From positions 1 to 24,484 of the forward strand of contig JZWU02000023.1 in assembly GCA_000960865.2 (NCBI GenBank): a stretch of DNA of 24,484 bases, read 5' to 3'. The notes under the pieces were generated by a model. It was not told the origin of the DNA, did no database searches, and was given only the letters and a program-made list of their open reading frames with translations. The position numbers and the translations under genes are program-made. Positions 1 through 8,866 of the stretch are shown here, piece by piece. Within the stretch, counting starts at the first letter, position 1. Each line of letters opens with the position of its first letter. Source of the stretch: Vulcanisaeta sp. AZ3 (GTDB taxonomy: Archaea > Thermoproteota > Thermoprotei > Thermoproteales > Thermocladiaceae).

Positions 1-874
1 CCTCTCTCTTTGGTGCTATTGCATCTATCTCATCTATGAATATTATTGCTGGCGCATTCTTCTTAGCCTCCTCAAAAATCTCCCTCAACTTAGCCTCAGA
101 CTCACCATAATACTTACTCATAATCTCAGGACCATTAATAGAAATAAAATATGCATTAGACTCTGTAGCCACAGCCTTAGCCAACAAAGTCTTACCAGTA
201 CCAGGAGGACCAATCAACAAAACACCCTTAGGAGGCTCAATACCCAAATGCCTAAAAATCTCAGGATGCCTAAGAGGCAATTCAATCAACTCCCTAATCT
301 TCCTCTTAGCCTCTTCTAGATCGCCAATATCCTCCCAAGTGACTCTAGATGTTGTTAGTTCTACCTCCTTAACTGGCTCCTCTCTTACCTGAACCTCTGT
401 GTCCATGCCTACGTATGCTGCTGGTCCTGGTGTTACGCTTATTACCATGAATCTAATTGAACCTGTATAATATGGTATTTCAATTATTGCGCCTTTCCAT
501 ACTGGTTTGCCCAGTAGGTAGGCTCTCTTTAGGTAGTCAGAGTCTACTCTAATATATTCTCCAACTGGCGCTATTGCGGCTCTTTGGGCTGATCTTAGGT
601 CTATCTTCCTAACCTTAACAATGTCGCCAATACTTACGCTGGCATTTTGTCTTAATGCACCATCCATTCTAATGTAATCCTTATCCTCATCATCCGTATA
701 CGCCGGCCACACCTGGGCGTAGGCATTACGTTTATTACCAATAATCTCCACATACTCACCAGGCTCAAGACCCAAAACCTTCATATAACGCTGAGAAATC
801 CTAACAATCAACCTACCCACATCCCTAGTCCTAGCCTCAGCAACCCTAAGACTAACCTCACCACTAGAACTCAT
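1..874 (-). CDS. cdc48: CDC48/VCP (p97-like) AAA+ ATPase, 5' part; runs off the left window edge
   Basis: Absent from the ORF track because no stop lies in the window. Manual translation from ATG 874 gives [26 protein letters not shown]...[12 protein letters not shown] (CDC48 N-domain), then [52 protein letters not shown] (Walker A) and [15 protein letters not shown] (Walker B). Confidence 0.96.
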   Translation of the reverse strand, partial: MSSSGEVSLRVAEARTRDVGRLIVRISQRYMKVLGLEPGEYVEIIGNKRNAYAQVWPAYTDDEDKDYIRMDGALRQNASVSIGDIVKVRKIDLRSAQRAAIAPVGEYIRVDSDYLKRAYLLGKPVWKGAIIEIPYYTGSIRFMVISVTPGPAAYVGMDTEVQVREEPVKEVELTTSRVTWEDIGDLEEAKRKIRELIELPLRHPEIFRHLGIEPPKGVLLIGPPGTGKTLLAKAVATESNAYFISINGPEIMSKYYGESEAKLREIFEEAKKNAPAIIFIDEIDAIAPKRE

Positions 875-1118
875 GCAGTTCTCAAGGTACTTAATACTGA
901 TCGGCTTATATAATTATCTTTATCTCCTTGATAAAATGAACCGTAGTTGTAGGAATTAGAACCTTAAATCATTACTACAGATTTCGCAATCATAAAAGTT
1001 GACAATTATAAGGCTAGACGCAGGTCTTGAAGGTATGTTTGTTATGTTTGTTTAGATTAGAATTATTGTCGAATTTTATAACGTTAAAAGTTAAATACTT
1101 GATAGAAACAAGGGGGTT

Positions 1119-2168
1119 GTGAGTAAGGTAGGGATTGTTGGATGGGGTACCTATATACCTAGGTTTAGGATTAGTACTAAGGAGATAGCTAGGGTCTGGG
1201 GTGATGATCCGCTTAGAATAAAGGATTTGTATTGGGTTGAGGAGAGAAGTGTTGGTGATTTGGATGAAGATGCCGTGACCATGGCTGTTGAGGCCTCTAG
1301 AAACGCTTTGAGACGAGCTGGTATTGATCCTAAGGAGTTGGGCTCAGTGTTTGTGGGTACAGAATCTAAACCTTATGTGGTTAAGCCAATAGCGTCCATA
1401 TTAATTGATGCATTGGGCATGAAGAAACAATCCTTTGCGGTAGACATGGAGTTTGCATGTAAGGCTGGTTCGGATGCCATAGTTAACGCAACGGGCCTTG
1501 TGAAGTCTGGTATCATTAGGTATGGGCTTGCGGTTGGTGTTGATCATAGTCATGGAGAACCTGGGGACCATCTTGACTACACGGTGTCAGGTGGTGCCGC
1601 TGCATACATAATAGGATCGGATAACTTAATTGCGGAGATAGAACATGTGTATGCTTACAACTCTGACACACCAGACTTCTGGCGTAGGGATGGAATACCA
1701 TACGCAGTCCATGGTGAATCCTTCACTGGAGAACCAGCTTATTTTAGGCATATAGTTAATGCTGCAAAGGCTTTGATAGAGGCGACGGGTCTGAGACCCA
1801 GTGATTTTGACTATGCAGTTTTCCATCAGCCAAATGCTAGGTTCCCTGTTAGAGTTGCTCAAATGCTTGGCATACCGCTGGATAAGGTTAGGTTGGGTAT
1901 TGTGGTTGATAGGATAGGTAATACGTATAATGGTGCCGTGCTTATAGGGTTAGCGAATATCCTTGAAAATGCAAAACCAGGCTCTAGAATATTAATGGTG
2001 TCCTTTGGGAGTGGTGCTGGTTCTAATGCCTTCAGCCTAGTAACAACTGATCTATTACCGGAGAGAGTTAGTAGGGCTAGAACTGTTAGTTATTATCTTG
2101 AGAATAAGTCCTATATTGATTATGCACTTTACCTTAGGTTTAGGAACCTCATTAGGACAGTACAATAA
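1119..2168 (+). CDS. Hydroxymethylglutaryl-CoA synthase (archaeal type)
   Basis: 349 aa thiolase-fold protein with [17 protein letters not shown] (catalytic Cys), FHQPN and GNTY...[11 protein letters not shown] start about 25 nt after TTAAATA (1091-1097). Confidence 0.94.
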   Translation: MSKVGIVGWGTYIPRFRISTKEIARVWGDDPLRIKDLYWVEERSVGDLDEDAVTMAVEASRNALRRAGIDPKELGSVFVGTESKPYVVKPIASILIDALGMKKQSFAVDMEFACKAGSDAIVNATGLVKSGIIRYGLAVGVDHSHGEPGDHLDYTVSGGAAAYIIGSDNLIAEIEHVYAYNSDTPDFWRRDGIPYAVHGESFTGEPAYFRHIVNAAKALIEATGLRPSDFDYAVFHQPNARFPVRVAQMLGIPLDKVRLGIVVDRIGNTYNGAVLIGLANILENAKPGSRILMVSFGSGAGSNAFSLVTTDLLPERVSRARTVSYYLENKSYIDYALYLRFRNLIRTVQ

Positions 2169-2224
2169 TACTGAAGCTAACGGTATCTTAATCTTTAAAA
2201 ATAAAATGGTTAAAAATCAAAGTA

Positions 2225-2515
2225 ATGCCGCGTAAGCAGACTGTTAGGATTGTTGAGAGGAAAAGAGATGTCCTAGAGTTGTTAATTAAGGAGGGTGAAA
2301 TGCCTACAAATGAGATTGTTAAGAAGACGAACCTAAGCCACAGTCAAGTCTTTTACGCATTAAAGCTACTGCAGAGGGATGGGTTAATTAGGGAGATTAA
2401 GAGAGGTAAGGTGGCTTATTGGAAAGCCAGCGACAATGCCCAAGAAGCCCTAAAGACCCTTGAGCAGGAGGTTAAGGAGGAGACCATGGGAGAGGAGGAA
2501 GCTGAGGAGACTTAA
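2225..2515 (+). CDS. Small winged-helix DNA-binding protein with acidic C-terminal tail
   Basis: 96 aa with wHTH pattern (TNEIVKKTNLSHSQVFYALKLLQRDGLI...GKVAYW). TTTAAAA about 30 nt upstream. Confidence 0.8.
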   Translation: MPRKQTVRIVERKRDVLELLIKEGEMPTNEIVKKTNLSHSQVFYALKLLQRDGLIREIKRGKVAYWKASDNAQEALKTLEQEVKEETMGEEEAEET

Positions 2516-2548
2516 GCTTTTTAAGCCATGGTATTGGTTAGGAACTAA

Positions 2549-2602
2549 GTGATGACGTGGGCAGCAACCGAAAAATGAAATGACGAGACTGTCTCACACT
2601 GA
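2549..2602 (+). ncRNA. Box C/D methylation-guide sRNA (predicted 23S rRNA targets)
   Basis: C GTGATGA 2549-2555, 12-nt guide CGTGGGCAGCAA, D' CCGA 2568-2571, C' ATGACGA 2580-2586, 12-nt guide GACTGTCTCACA, D CTGA 2599-2602. Intergenic, with TTTTTAAG about 25 nt upstream. Confidence 0.9.
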
Positions 2603-2711
2603 ACAGGTACTTGCTTTAAGTCCTCACTTCATTTATAACTCCGAATAGAATAGGAGACAAATTATTTTCCTCGCTTAAACCTAGAGGGATTGACGTTTGG
2701 TTATAGCGTAG

Positions 2712-3407
2712 TTATAGATTAATGAGTATTTCGATTTCATCACCATCCTTAAGGTTTAGCTTATCGCGTAACTTATAGGGTGATATAACCTCTATAGTAT
2801 CAGGCCCGTGGTGCGTCCTCTCGATTACCAATACGGCAGCTGGCAGACCTCCTACAGACGCCTTGAGGCACTTAACGCCGCCATAAGTTCTTGCGCCATT
2901 ACTAAAGCCCTCAATGTAGATACCGGGTAATGCGTCTAGGTATAACTTATACCTAATGTACTCGGGTTTTAATTTAACATTGAGTGTGCCTGGATATGGC
3001 TTAAATCCCAGCTTCTCTGTGAATTGCTTAACGTAGCCCTCAAGACTCATGTAGAAGCTGCCCTCACCCAGTCCAGAGGTTACAGTGCCAACCAACCTAA
3101 TTACTAACTTCTCGTTGAGGTACTGCCTAATTGTGTCAATAACAAATCTTAACGCCTCAGAGGCTTTCGGTGTGAACTTAATCATTAATTGACCATTAAC
3201 TGTGGTTTTCTCCACTAGACCATCTCCAACTAATCTACTGATTATCTTGAATACGTTTTGGGGTGTTGTACCAACATCATTTGCCATGCGTGTTAGGCTA
3301 AGTGGCGTAAATTCTCCTTCATTAACTCCATACTTAATTAGTAGTATTAAGTATGGTACCCTCCTAAGCATCTTATAATTCAATCCTAACACCACACCCT
3401 CCTTCAT
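2712..3407 (-). CDS. ribK: CTP-dependent riboflavin kinase with N-terminal wHTH (RbkR-type bifunctional regulator/kinase)
   Basis: N-terminal HTH (SLTRMANDVGTTPQNVFKIISRL). C-terminal GTVTSGLGEG...YPGTLN...ERTHH...EVISPYKLR matches the archaeal riboflavin kinase signature. Confidence 0.93.
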   Translation of the reverse strand: MKEGVVLGLNYKMLRRVPYLILLIKYGVNEGEFTPLSLTRMANDVGTTPQNVFKIISRLVGDGLVEKTTVNGQLMIKFTPKASEALRFVIDTIRQYLNEKLVIRLVGTVTSGLGEGSFYMSLEGYVKQFTEKLGFKPYPGTLNVKLKPEYIRYKLYLDALPGIYIEGFSNGARTYGGVKCLKASVGGLPAAVLVIERTHHGPDTIEVISPYKLRDKLNLKDGDEIEILINL

Positions 3408-3471
3408 TAACTATCGACTCACCTTAACTAACTAATTTAATTAATTTATCAGTACCTAATCAACCACGTAA

Positions 3472-4038
3472 TCATTTAATCCTACTCATTAGGGTTATGT
3501 AGGCTAAGTTCTCAAGAACCTCAGTTCTATTGAGTACTTCATATGGTGAAGAGCCCATAGTGACTAGGCCATGCCTCCTAAGGATCACTGCGGTAATATC
3601 TCTCCTTGAGACTGCCTTACTAACTGCATCTGCCAATTCTTGAGTGCCTGGCCTTATATATGGTATCTCCACGATTTCACCCACATACGAGGTCGCCTCA
3701 CTTAAGGATGTGTCTATATTAAGCCCTGCTTGTGTTAGGGCAAGTATGTTTGGTGGGTGAGTGTGCAGTATGAATTTTACGTCATCCCTAACTTTATAAA
3801 TGCCTACGTGCATCCTCCACTCACTACTGGGCTTACCCCCGGAGACCACGGTGCCATCAAGCCTCATCTTAACTATATTTTGAGGTTTAATTAAGACCTT
3901 GGGTGTTGATGTTGGTGTTATGAGGATCTCACCACCCAGCCTAGCACTGGCATTGCCACCGAGCAAGTCAACTAGGCGCTTAGTATATGCAAGCCTAGTG
4001 ATTTCTACTAGTAACCTCCTCACGGTCTGCTCATTCAT
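3472..4038 (-). CDS. Class II aldolase/adducin family protein (fuculose-1-phosphate aldolase / MtnB-like)
   Basis: GGNASAR, ITPT, PSSEWRMH, HTHP and RHG metal-binding motifs. Start moved to ATG 4038 (MNEQT) because the track start at 4155 overlaps the divergent gene. Confidence 0.88.
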   Translation of the reverse strand: MNEQTVRRLLVEITRLAYTKRLVDLLGGNASARLGGEILITPTSTPKVLIKPQNIVKMRLDGTVVSGGKPSSEWRMHVGIYKVRDDVKFILHTHPPNILALTQAGLNIDTSLSEATSYVGEIVEIPYIRPGTQELADAVSKAVSRRDITAVILRRHGLVTMGSSPYEVLNRTEVLENLAYITLMSRIK

Positions 4039-4118
4039 ACGACATAATGCTGCTAAAAACTCCTTAATTAGGTTTGGTCCGGTATAGCTAAATATGGGGT
4101 GCCCATTATTTATTATGT

Positions 4119-4991
4119 ATGAGGTACGTAGACGCCCATACCCATGCCCATGCAATATTAAGAGAAGTTGTTAATAATGATATTTCTGACTTTATAATCA
4201 ATGAATTAAGGATAACATTAGATAAACTCATTACTGTGAAGGATCTCGTTAGCATCTTAGACAGTGCAAACATAGAGTACATAGGGGTCATGGCATATCC
4301 TTCCAGGAAGTTGGGTACAGGTACTGAGGAATTAGCAATTAGGGTAATAAATGCAGTGAAGGATTACCCGGACCGATTCGCGATAATAGGGGGCGTTGAG
4401 GTAAATGAGGTAAGTATTGAGGAGACCATGTACTGGCTTGAGAAGCAGTATGAGGCAGGGATTAGCGGATTTAAGATACACCCGCCACACATGTGGGTTA
4501 AACCAAATGCTTATAGACCTGAGGAGGGCGGGTTGAAGCAATTGGAGCTTCTTTATCAATTTGCTGAAGACCATGGGCTACCAGTATTCATACACACAGG
4601 CACGAGTGCCTTCTCAAGGGCTAGGAATAAGTATGGAGATCCTATATTTGTTGATGATGTTGCTGTGGATTTTCCGAGATTAGTAATAGTCATGTCACAC
4701 GTAGGCAGGCCTAACTGGGTACCTACTGCCTTTCAACTCATTAGGATTAGGAGGAATATATATGCAGACCTAGCGAGTATACCGCCAAAACGTGTTCTCG
4801 AGTACTTACCGAGACTAACGGAGATAGGAGATAAGGTAGTATACGGTAGTGATTACCCGTCGCCTGGAGTATACGATGTGAAGAAGAATCTTGAGGAGTT
4901 CTTGAAAATACCGATACCTCAGGAAGTGATGGATAAAATAACAAAAGCAACACCAAGATTGCTCCTAAAACCACTATCCAAAACCAAGTAA
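4119..4991 (+). CDS. Amidohydrolase-superfamily metal-dependent hydrolase (Amidohydro_2-like)
   Basis: DAHTH at the N-terminus, GFKIHP, IHTG, SHVG and YGSDYP motifs of the TIM-barrel amidohydrolases. Substrate unknown. Confidence 0.9.
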   Translation: MRYVDAHTHAHAILREVVNNDISDFIINELRITLDKLITVKDLVSILDSANIEYIGVMAYPSRKLGTGTEELAIRVINAVKDYPDRFAIIGGVEVNEVSIEETMYWLEKQYEAGISGFKIHPPHMWVKPNAYRPEEGGLKQLELLYQFAEDHGLPVFIHTGTSAFSRARNKYGDPIFVDDVAVDFPRLVIVMSHVGRPNWVPTAFQLIRIRRNIYADLASIPPKRVLEYLPRLTEIGDKVVYGSDYPSPGVYDVKKNLEEFLKIPIPQEVMDKITKATPRLLLKPLSKTK

Positions 4992-5041
4992 TGGAATAAC
5001 GGTGATTAGGCTTAAATATGCAATACTGCACATAAGCCAGA

Positions 5042-5128
5042 GCGGGGGTGCCCGAGCCAGGTCAAAGGGGACGGGTTGAGGTCCCGTTGGCGAAGGCCTG
5101 CGTGGGTTCAAATCCCACCCCCGCACCA
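5042..5128 (+). tRNA. tRNA-Leu(GAG), intron-less, CCA encoded
   Basis: GCGGGGG acceptor, anticodon arm ACGGG-TT-GAG-GT-CCCGT (anticodon 5078-5080), long variable arm, GTGGG-TTCAAAT-CCCAC T-arm, discriminator A5125 plus CCA. TTAAATA at 5012-5018. The 3' C run is one C short (see findings). Confidence 0.96.
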
Positions 5129-5355
5129 AACTGATCCATCACCTCACAAGATGCTGTTTATTCCTAAATTACTGTCGATAAGCCTGGGTCCTTATTTGAT
5201 TTAGTGACGATTATTAAATATGGAAACAATTGCCAATACAAAGTTCAAGTATATCTCCAATCCTCTCAATGGCTTCCTAACATGCTTTGTACTGAACAAT
5301 TTATTCATTATACATATATTTTTAAAATTAAATAATATTTATAAATTATTTATGA

Positions 5356-5937
5356 TTAAGAATTTAAATTATTAGCAATTAGTTTAATTATCATTAGATC
5401 ACTATATATTGGGCCCTTAGGTGTTAAGATACTCCTCTTAAGCCTCACACTATCGACCACTTGAGTCCCGAAGTCAGCCTCACTATACCTCTTAATAACT
5501 TCCATGTACTTATCTCGATTCCTAACGTACTTAACTCTGGCAACGGTTAAATGAGGCACAAAATTTCTCTCATCTCTCTCGCCAATATCTCCCGTTAGTC
5601 TCATTATTATATCATGTAGGTTCATTAAGTCCCTGGCACCTTCCTCAACGCCTACCCATATGACCCTCGGTCTTTCGATGCTTGGGAATGCCCCAACACC
5701 CTTAATGTGCATTGTGAATTGATTATACGTAATTGAGGCTAGCCTCTTCTTGGTCTCTTCAACAAGGTCCTTATTAACTTCGCCTATGAATCTCAATGTT
5801 ATGTGCAGATTCTCCGGTTCCACGGGTTTCATGTCAACACTTGAGACCATGAACTCTCTCTGCATCTTAATTATTGACTCCTTTAATTGGTTCGTTAGAT
5901 CAATGGCAATGAATATCCTATAAACCTCTCTGGACAT
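5356..5937 (-). CDS. thpR: RNA 2',3'-cyclic phosphodiesterase (2H phosphoesterase, 2'-5' RNA ligase family)
   Basis: RIFIAID start, two HxT motifs (LHITL, PHLTV), AFP..RPRVIWVG and C-terminal S.LTPKGPIY. Confidence 0.93.
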   Translation of the reverse strand: MSREVYRIFIAIDLTNQLKESIIKMQREFMVSSVDMKPVEPENLHITLRFIGEVNKDLVEETKKRLASITYNQFTMHIKGVGAFPSIERPRVIWVGVEEGARDLMNLHDIIMRLTGDIGERDERNFVPHLTVARVKYVRNRDKYMEVIKRYSEADFGTQVVDSVRLKRSILTPKGPIYSDLMIIKLIANNLNS

Positions 5938-6048
5938 TACTGGAAACTAAATGGGATGGGGAATAAATTAATCTTTATCTGCCATTAATTTAAGGCCGTT
6001 AGGAACTAAGTCCTCTATGTGAAATTGCCATTGGAATAGACGGAGGGG

Positions 6049-6498
6049 TTAGCTGTTACTGGAGGTTGTCATTTCATAAAGCCATTTATTAAGGTACTCG
6101 CACTTCTCAGGCGTTATTTCCTCAGTAGTTCCGCAGACCTCGATATATGGGCAATAGAAACAAGGTATCTTCGTGAGTAGGTCATAAGTTAAAACTTTCA
6201 TTAGCGAACTTGCCTCAACCAGTTCCTTGGCAACTACCATCCCTAGCTCCGTTAGTTTTACCTTATACATGACTCTCTTCTTAACACCCACGTTCTCCTT
6301 GTTAAGTAGGCCTTTCTTCTCGAGCTTATTAACGGATGGCATGCCTTCCTTACTCTTTATGCCCATGTTTCTCCAAATATCCTTAAGCATCACCTCCCTG
6401 CCGGCCTTGTAAATCTCGGTTAGGATCATTGTCTCCTTATCACTTAATTCCCTAATTATTGCAGATAAATTACTACCCACGGACAAGAACTTGAACAC
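6049..6498 (-). CDS. Transcription factor TFE beta subunit (RPC34/RPC39 homolog; wHTH plus C-terminal Fe-S domain)
   Basis: N-terminal wHTH and C-terminal PCFYCPYIEVC-x10-CEYLNKW four-Cys motif typical of RPC34/TFEbeta. Lies directly downstream of tfb. Exact start uncertain. Confidence 0.82.
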   Translation of the reverse strand: MFKFLSVGSNLSAIIRELSDKETMILTEIYKAGREVMLKDIWRNMGIKSKEGMPSVNKLEKKGLLNKENVGVKKRVMYKVKLTELGMVVAKELVEASSLMKVLTYDLLTKIPCFYCPYIEVCGTTEEITPEKCEYLNKWLYEMTTSSNS

Positions 6499-6519
6499 GG
6501 ATTTTTAAAAAATACTTGC

Positions 6520-7473
6520 TTAAACCTCGATGATTATGTCTATCTTTGAAATCACTTCCTTATATCTGTTCCTAATTGTTACGTCAGTAACCCGAGATGC
6601 CTCAGCAACATCCCTCTGCCTCTTTCTAACGCCCATGAGCGTCACTGCTATGTAGACAGCCGAGGCCACTAGGGCGTAAAATGTTCTGCCATTGGTTAAC
6701 CTCTTCCTCTGTCCTTCATTTATTATGCCCATGGCTAGCCTCGTAACTTGAAATCTAACATCCTCGCCAAGCTTTAACGCATTCACAACCTTCTGTAAAA
6801 ACTTGCCTAATTCCTCCTGACTTTTTGCCGAGACACCATCTGCACCAATAACCTCCTTAGCGATATTAAACAACTTACTAATTCTCTTACTCTTCTCAAT
6901 GTCCAATGCACTTTTTAACTCCTTAAGCGGGCAGACCAGCTTTGACCTCTTACATGCGATGTATAACAGTACTAGGGCTAGATCCCTGGTCCTCGTACCC
7001 CTAATATCATACTTACTCGCTAATTGCCTAAACATTATTAAGGCCTCCTCAATAACACTATCAGGAATGTTCAACTTATACTTAAGGGGCATTATGGTGT
7101 CGCGAAGCTCAGAGATCCTCTTCTCCGCATATTGATACTGATTAAACCTATTAAGCCTAACCAAAGCTCTCAACCTGCGTTGGAGTAATGGATTACGGCT
7201 ATATCTAATTTCAATGACAGAACCCCCAATTCCTTGGAAAGGCAATGCTGGGTTTATGAGCTTAGCTCTATCGTAAATAAGACCCTCATCACTACTAAAG
7301 GCTCTCCATTCAGGCCCCACATCAATAACATGCTCTTGTATAACCAGACCACAGTGACGACAAACATACTCACCCCTCTCAGGGTCAAATATTATGTCCG
7401 TTGAACCACAATTGGAGCACTTAAGCCTTCCTACCTCTTGATCTTGCTTCACAAGCTTATCTACCGTGACCAT
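6520..7473 (-). CDS. tfb: Transcription initiation factor IIB (TFB), divergent paralog
   Basis: Zn ribbon CSNC..CRHC, GPEWRAF B-reader and two cyclin repeats ending TDVTIRNRYKE. ATG 7473 preferred because GGAGGGG (Shine-Dalgarno-like) precedes it. Overlaps the gar1 3' end. Confidence 0.93.
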   Translation of the reverse strand: MVTVDKLVKQDQEVGRLKCSNCGSTDIIFDPERGEYVCRHCGLVIQEHVIDVGPEWRAFSSDEGLIYDRAKLINPALPFQGIGGSVIEIRYSRNPLLQRRLRALVRLNRFNQYQYAEKRISELRDTIMPLKYKLNIPDSVIEEALIMFRQLASKYDIRGTRTRDLALVLLYIACKRSKLVCPLKELKSALDIEKSKRISKLFNIAKEVIGADGVSAKSQEELGKFLQKVVNALKLGEDVRFQVTRLAMGIINEGQRKRLTNGRTFYALVASAVYIAVTLMGVRKRQRDVAEASRVTDVTIRNRYKEVISKIDIIIEV

Positions 7474-7732
7474 GGCGACCACCCCTCCTTCTTAAGTCGA
7501 TATCCTTAACGTAGGCTGACTTACTCACAAAATCCTCAGGATTAGGGAGTTGTGTATCTGGTTTCACTAGGCCGTATGGTGAGTTAACGGGGCCTATAAT
7601 GTCGTAGAGAACACCCAATCTTTTCATGGTATAATCATACACGACAACACCAAGTGGTGGCGTGAATGCTAATTTAAGCACGAACCTCCTATCATGAGAT
7701 ATGTGCATGATATCACCAACCCTCCTAAGCAT
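7457..7732 (-). CDS. gar1: H/ACA RNP subunit Gar1
   Basis: 91 aa with G..VYD..MKRLG.LYDIIGPVNSPYGLVKP Gar1 signature and an Arg/Gly-rich tail. The gar1-tfb adjacency is a known archaeal synteny. Confidence 0.88.
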   Translation of the reverse strand: MLRRVGDIMHISHDRRFVLKLAFTPPLGVVVYDYTMKRLGVLYDIIGPVNSPYGLVKPDTQLPNPEDFVSKSAYVKDIDLRRRGGRHGHGR

Positions 7733-7912
7733 CCAGCGTATACGTCGTAAACAATCATTTAAAAGTATTATTTTTCGTTATAGAGAATACGGTTATATTA
7801 CACCCGTATTAGATGAAGATTAGTAAGATATTTATATACATGTATCTAGGATTAAATGATGTTATGTAAAATGGTACGAAATAAATATAAACATGGCGAT
7901 GAGCAGTAACGT

Positions 7913-8833
7913 GTGCTTGCGGTCGTCGCGCTTGGGGGAAATGCTTTCGCTAGAGAGGGAAGTAAGGTTGGCTCACCCGCTGAACAATGGGTTAGTGTGA
8001 AGGTTGCTGCTAATGACGTGGTGAATTTGATTGAGGATGGCTTTGACGTCGTTGTGACACACGGTAATGGGCCTCAAGCAGGTCTTTTGGCAGAGAGAGT
8101 TGGCGATTACTTAAGCCTTGATATGGTTAATGCAGCTACGGAGGGTTGGATGGGTTACTTAATAGCCAATGCCCTTGAAAATGAACTTCGGTGGCGGGGT
8201 ATTCGGCGGACCCCCGCAGTTGTTCTATCACGCTCTATTATTAATAATAATGACCCATCCTTCCAAAACCCCACTAAATTCATAGGTCCACTGTATGACA
8301 AGGAAACTGCGGAAAGACTCACTAAGGAGAGAGGGTGGGTCTTTAGGTGGGATGTACGTGGTGGTTATAGGAGAGTTGTTCCATCGCCTGAACCTCGAGA
8401 CATAATAGAACTGAACCTAGTTAGGTTATTGATTAGAGAGAACTTCATACCAATCGCTGTTGGTGGTGGAGGCATACCTGTAATCATCGATGATGAGGTG
8501 GAAGGCGCCGAGGCTGTTATTGATAAGGACCTGGCGAGCCAAGTACTTGCCAACGCGATTGGCGCTGATTATTTAATTATACTGACTGATGTTGATTACG
8601 TATATATAAATTATAAGAAGCCAAACCAGGAGAGACTTAGTAAGGTAACGGTTAGTGAGGCTGAGAGGTATTATAATGATGGCCAGTTTCCGCCGGGGAG
8701 TATGGGGCCTAAGGTATTGGCCGCGATTAGATTTGTAAGGAATGGCGGTAAGGCGGCATACATAGGGCCGTTGGGTAGGGCTAGGGATGTTTTGAGAGGC
8801 ATTACGGGTACCGTAATAGTGAGAGACACTTAA
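7913..8833 (+). CDS. arcC: Carbamate kinase
   Basis: VVALGGNA, THGNGPQ, PTKFIGP, RRVVPSP, GGGGIPV, EAVIDKD and GSMGPK motifs. Confidence 0.95.
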   Translation: MLAVVALGGNAFAREGSKVGSPAEQWVSVKVAANDVVNLIEDGFDVVVTHGNGPQAGLLAERVGDYLSLDMVNAATEGWMGYLIANALENELRWRGIRRTPAVVLSRSIINNNDPSFQNPTKFIGPLYDKETAERLTKERGWVFRWDVRGGYRRVVPSPEPRDIIELNLVRLLIRENFIPIAVGGGGIPVIIDDEVEGAEAVIDKDLASQVLANAIGADYLIILTDVDYVYINYKKPNQERLSKVTVSEAERYYNDGQFPPGSMGPKVLAAIRFVRNGGKAAYIGPLGRARDVLRGITGTVIVRDT

Positions 8834-8866
8834 GCGGACTATGTATTGGGTAAAGTAAATTAAGGA

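Noticed and set aside
2585-2595. GAGAC-T-GTCTC inverted repeat
   Set aside because: A one-base loop cannot form a hairpin; the sequence is explained as the C' box end plus the D guide.
4039-4155. N-terminal extension of the class II aldolase given by the ORF track
   Set aside because: It overlaps the divergent amidohydrolase start and promoter region; the family-like sequence begins at ATG 4038.
7801-7912. ATGAAGA/ATGATG/GCGATGA motifs between gar1 and arcC as a C/D sRNA
   Set aside because: No CTGA-like D boxes at 10-12 nt spacing; the region is explained by divergent promoters.
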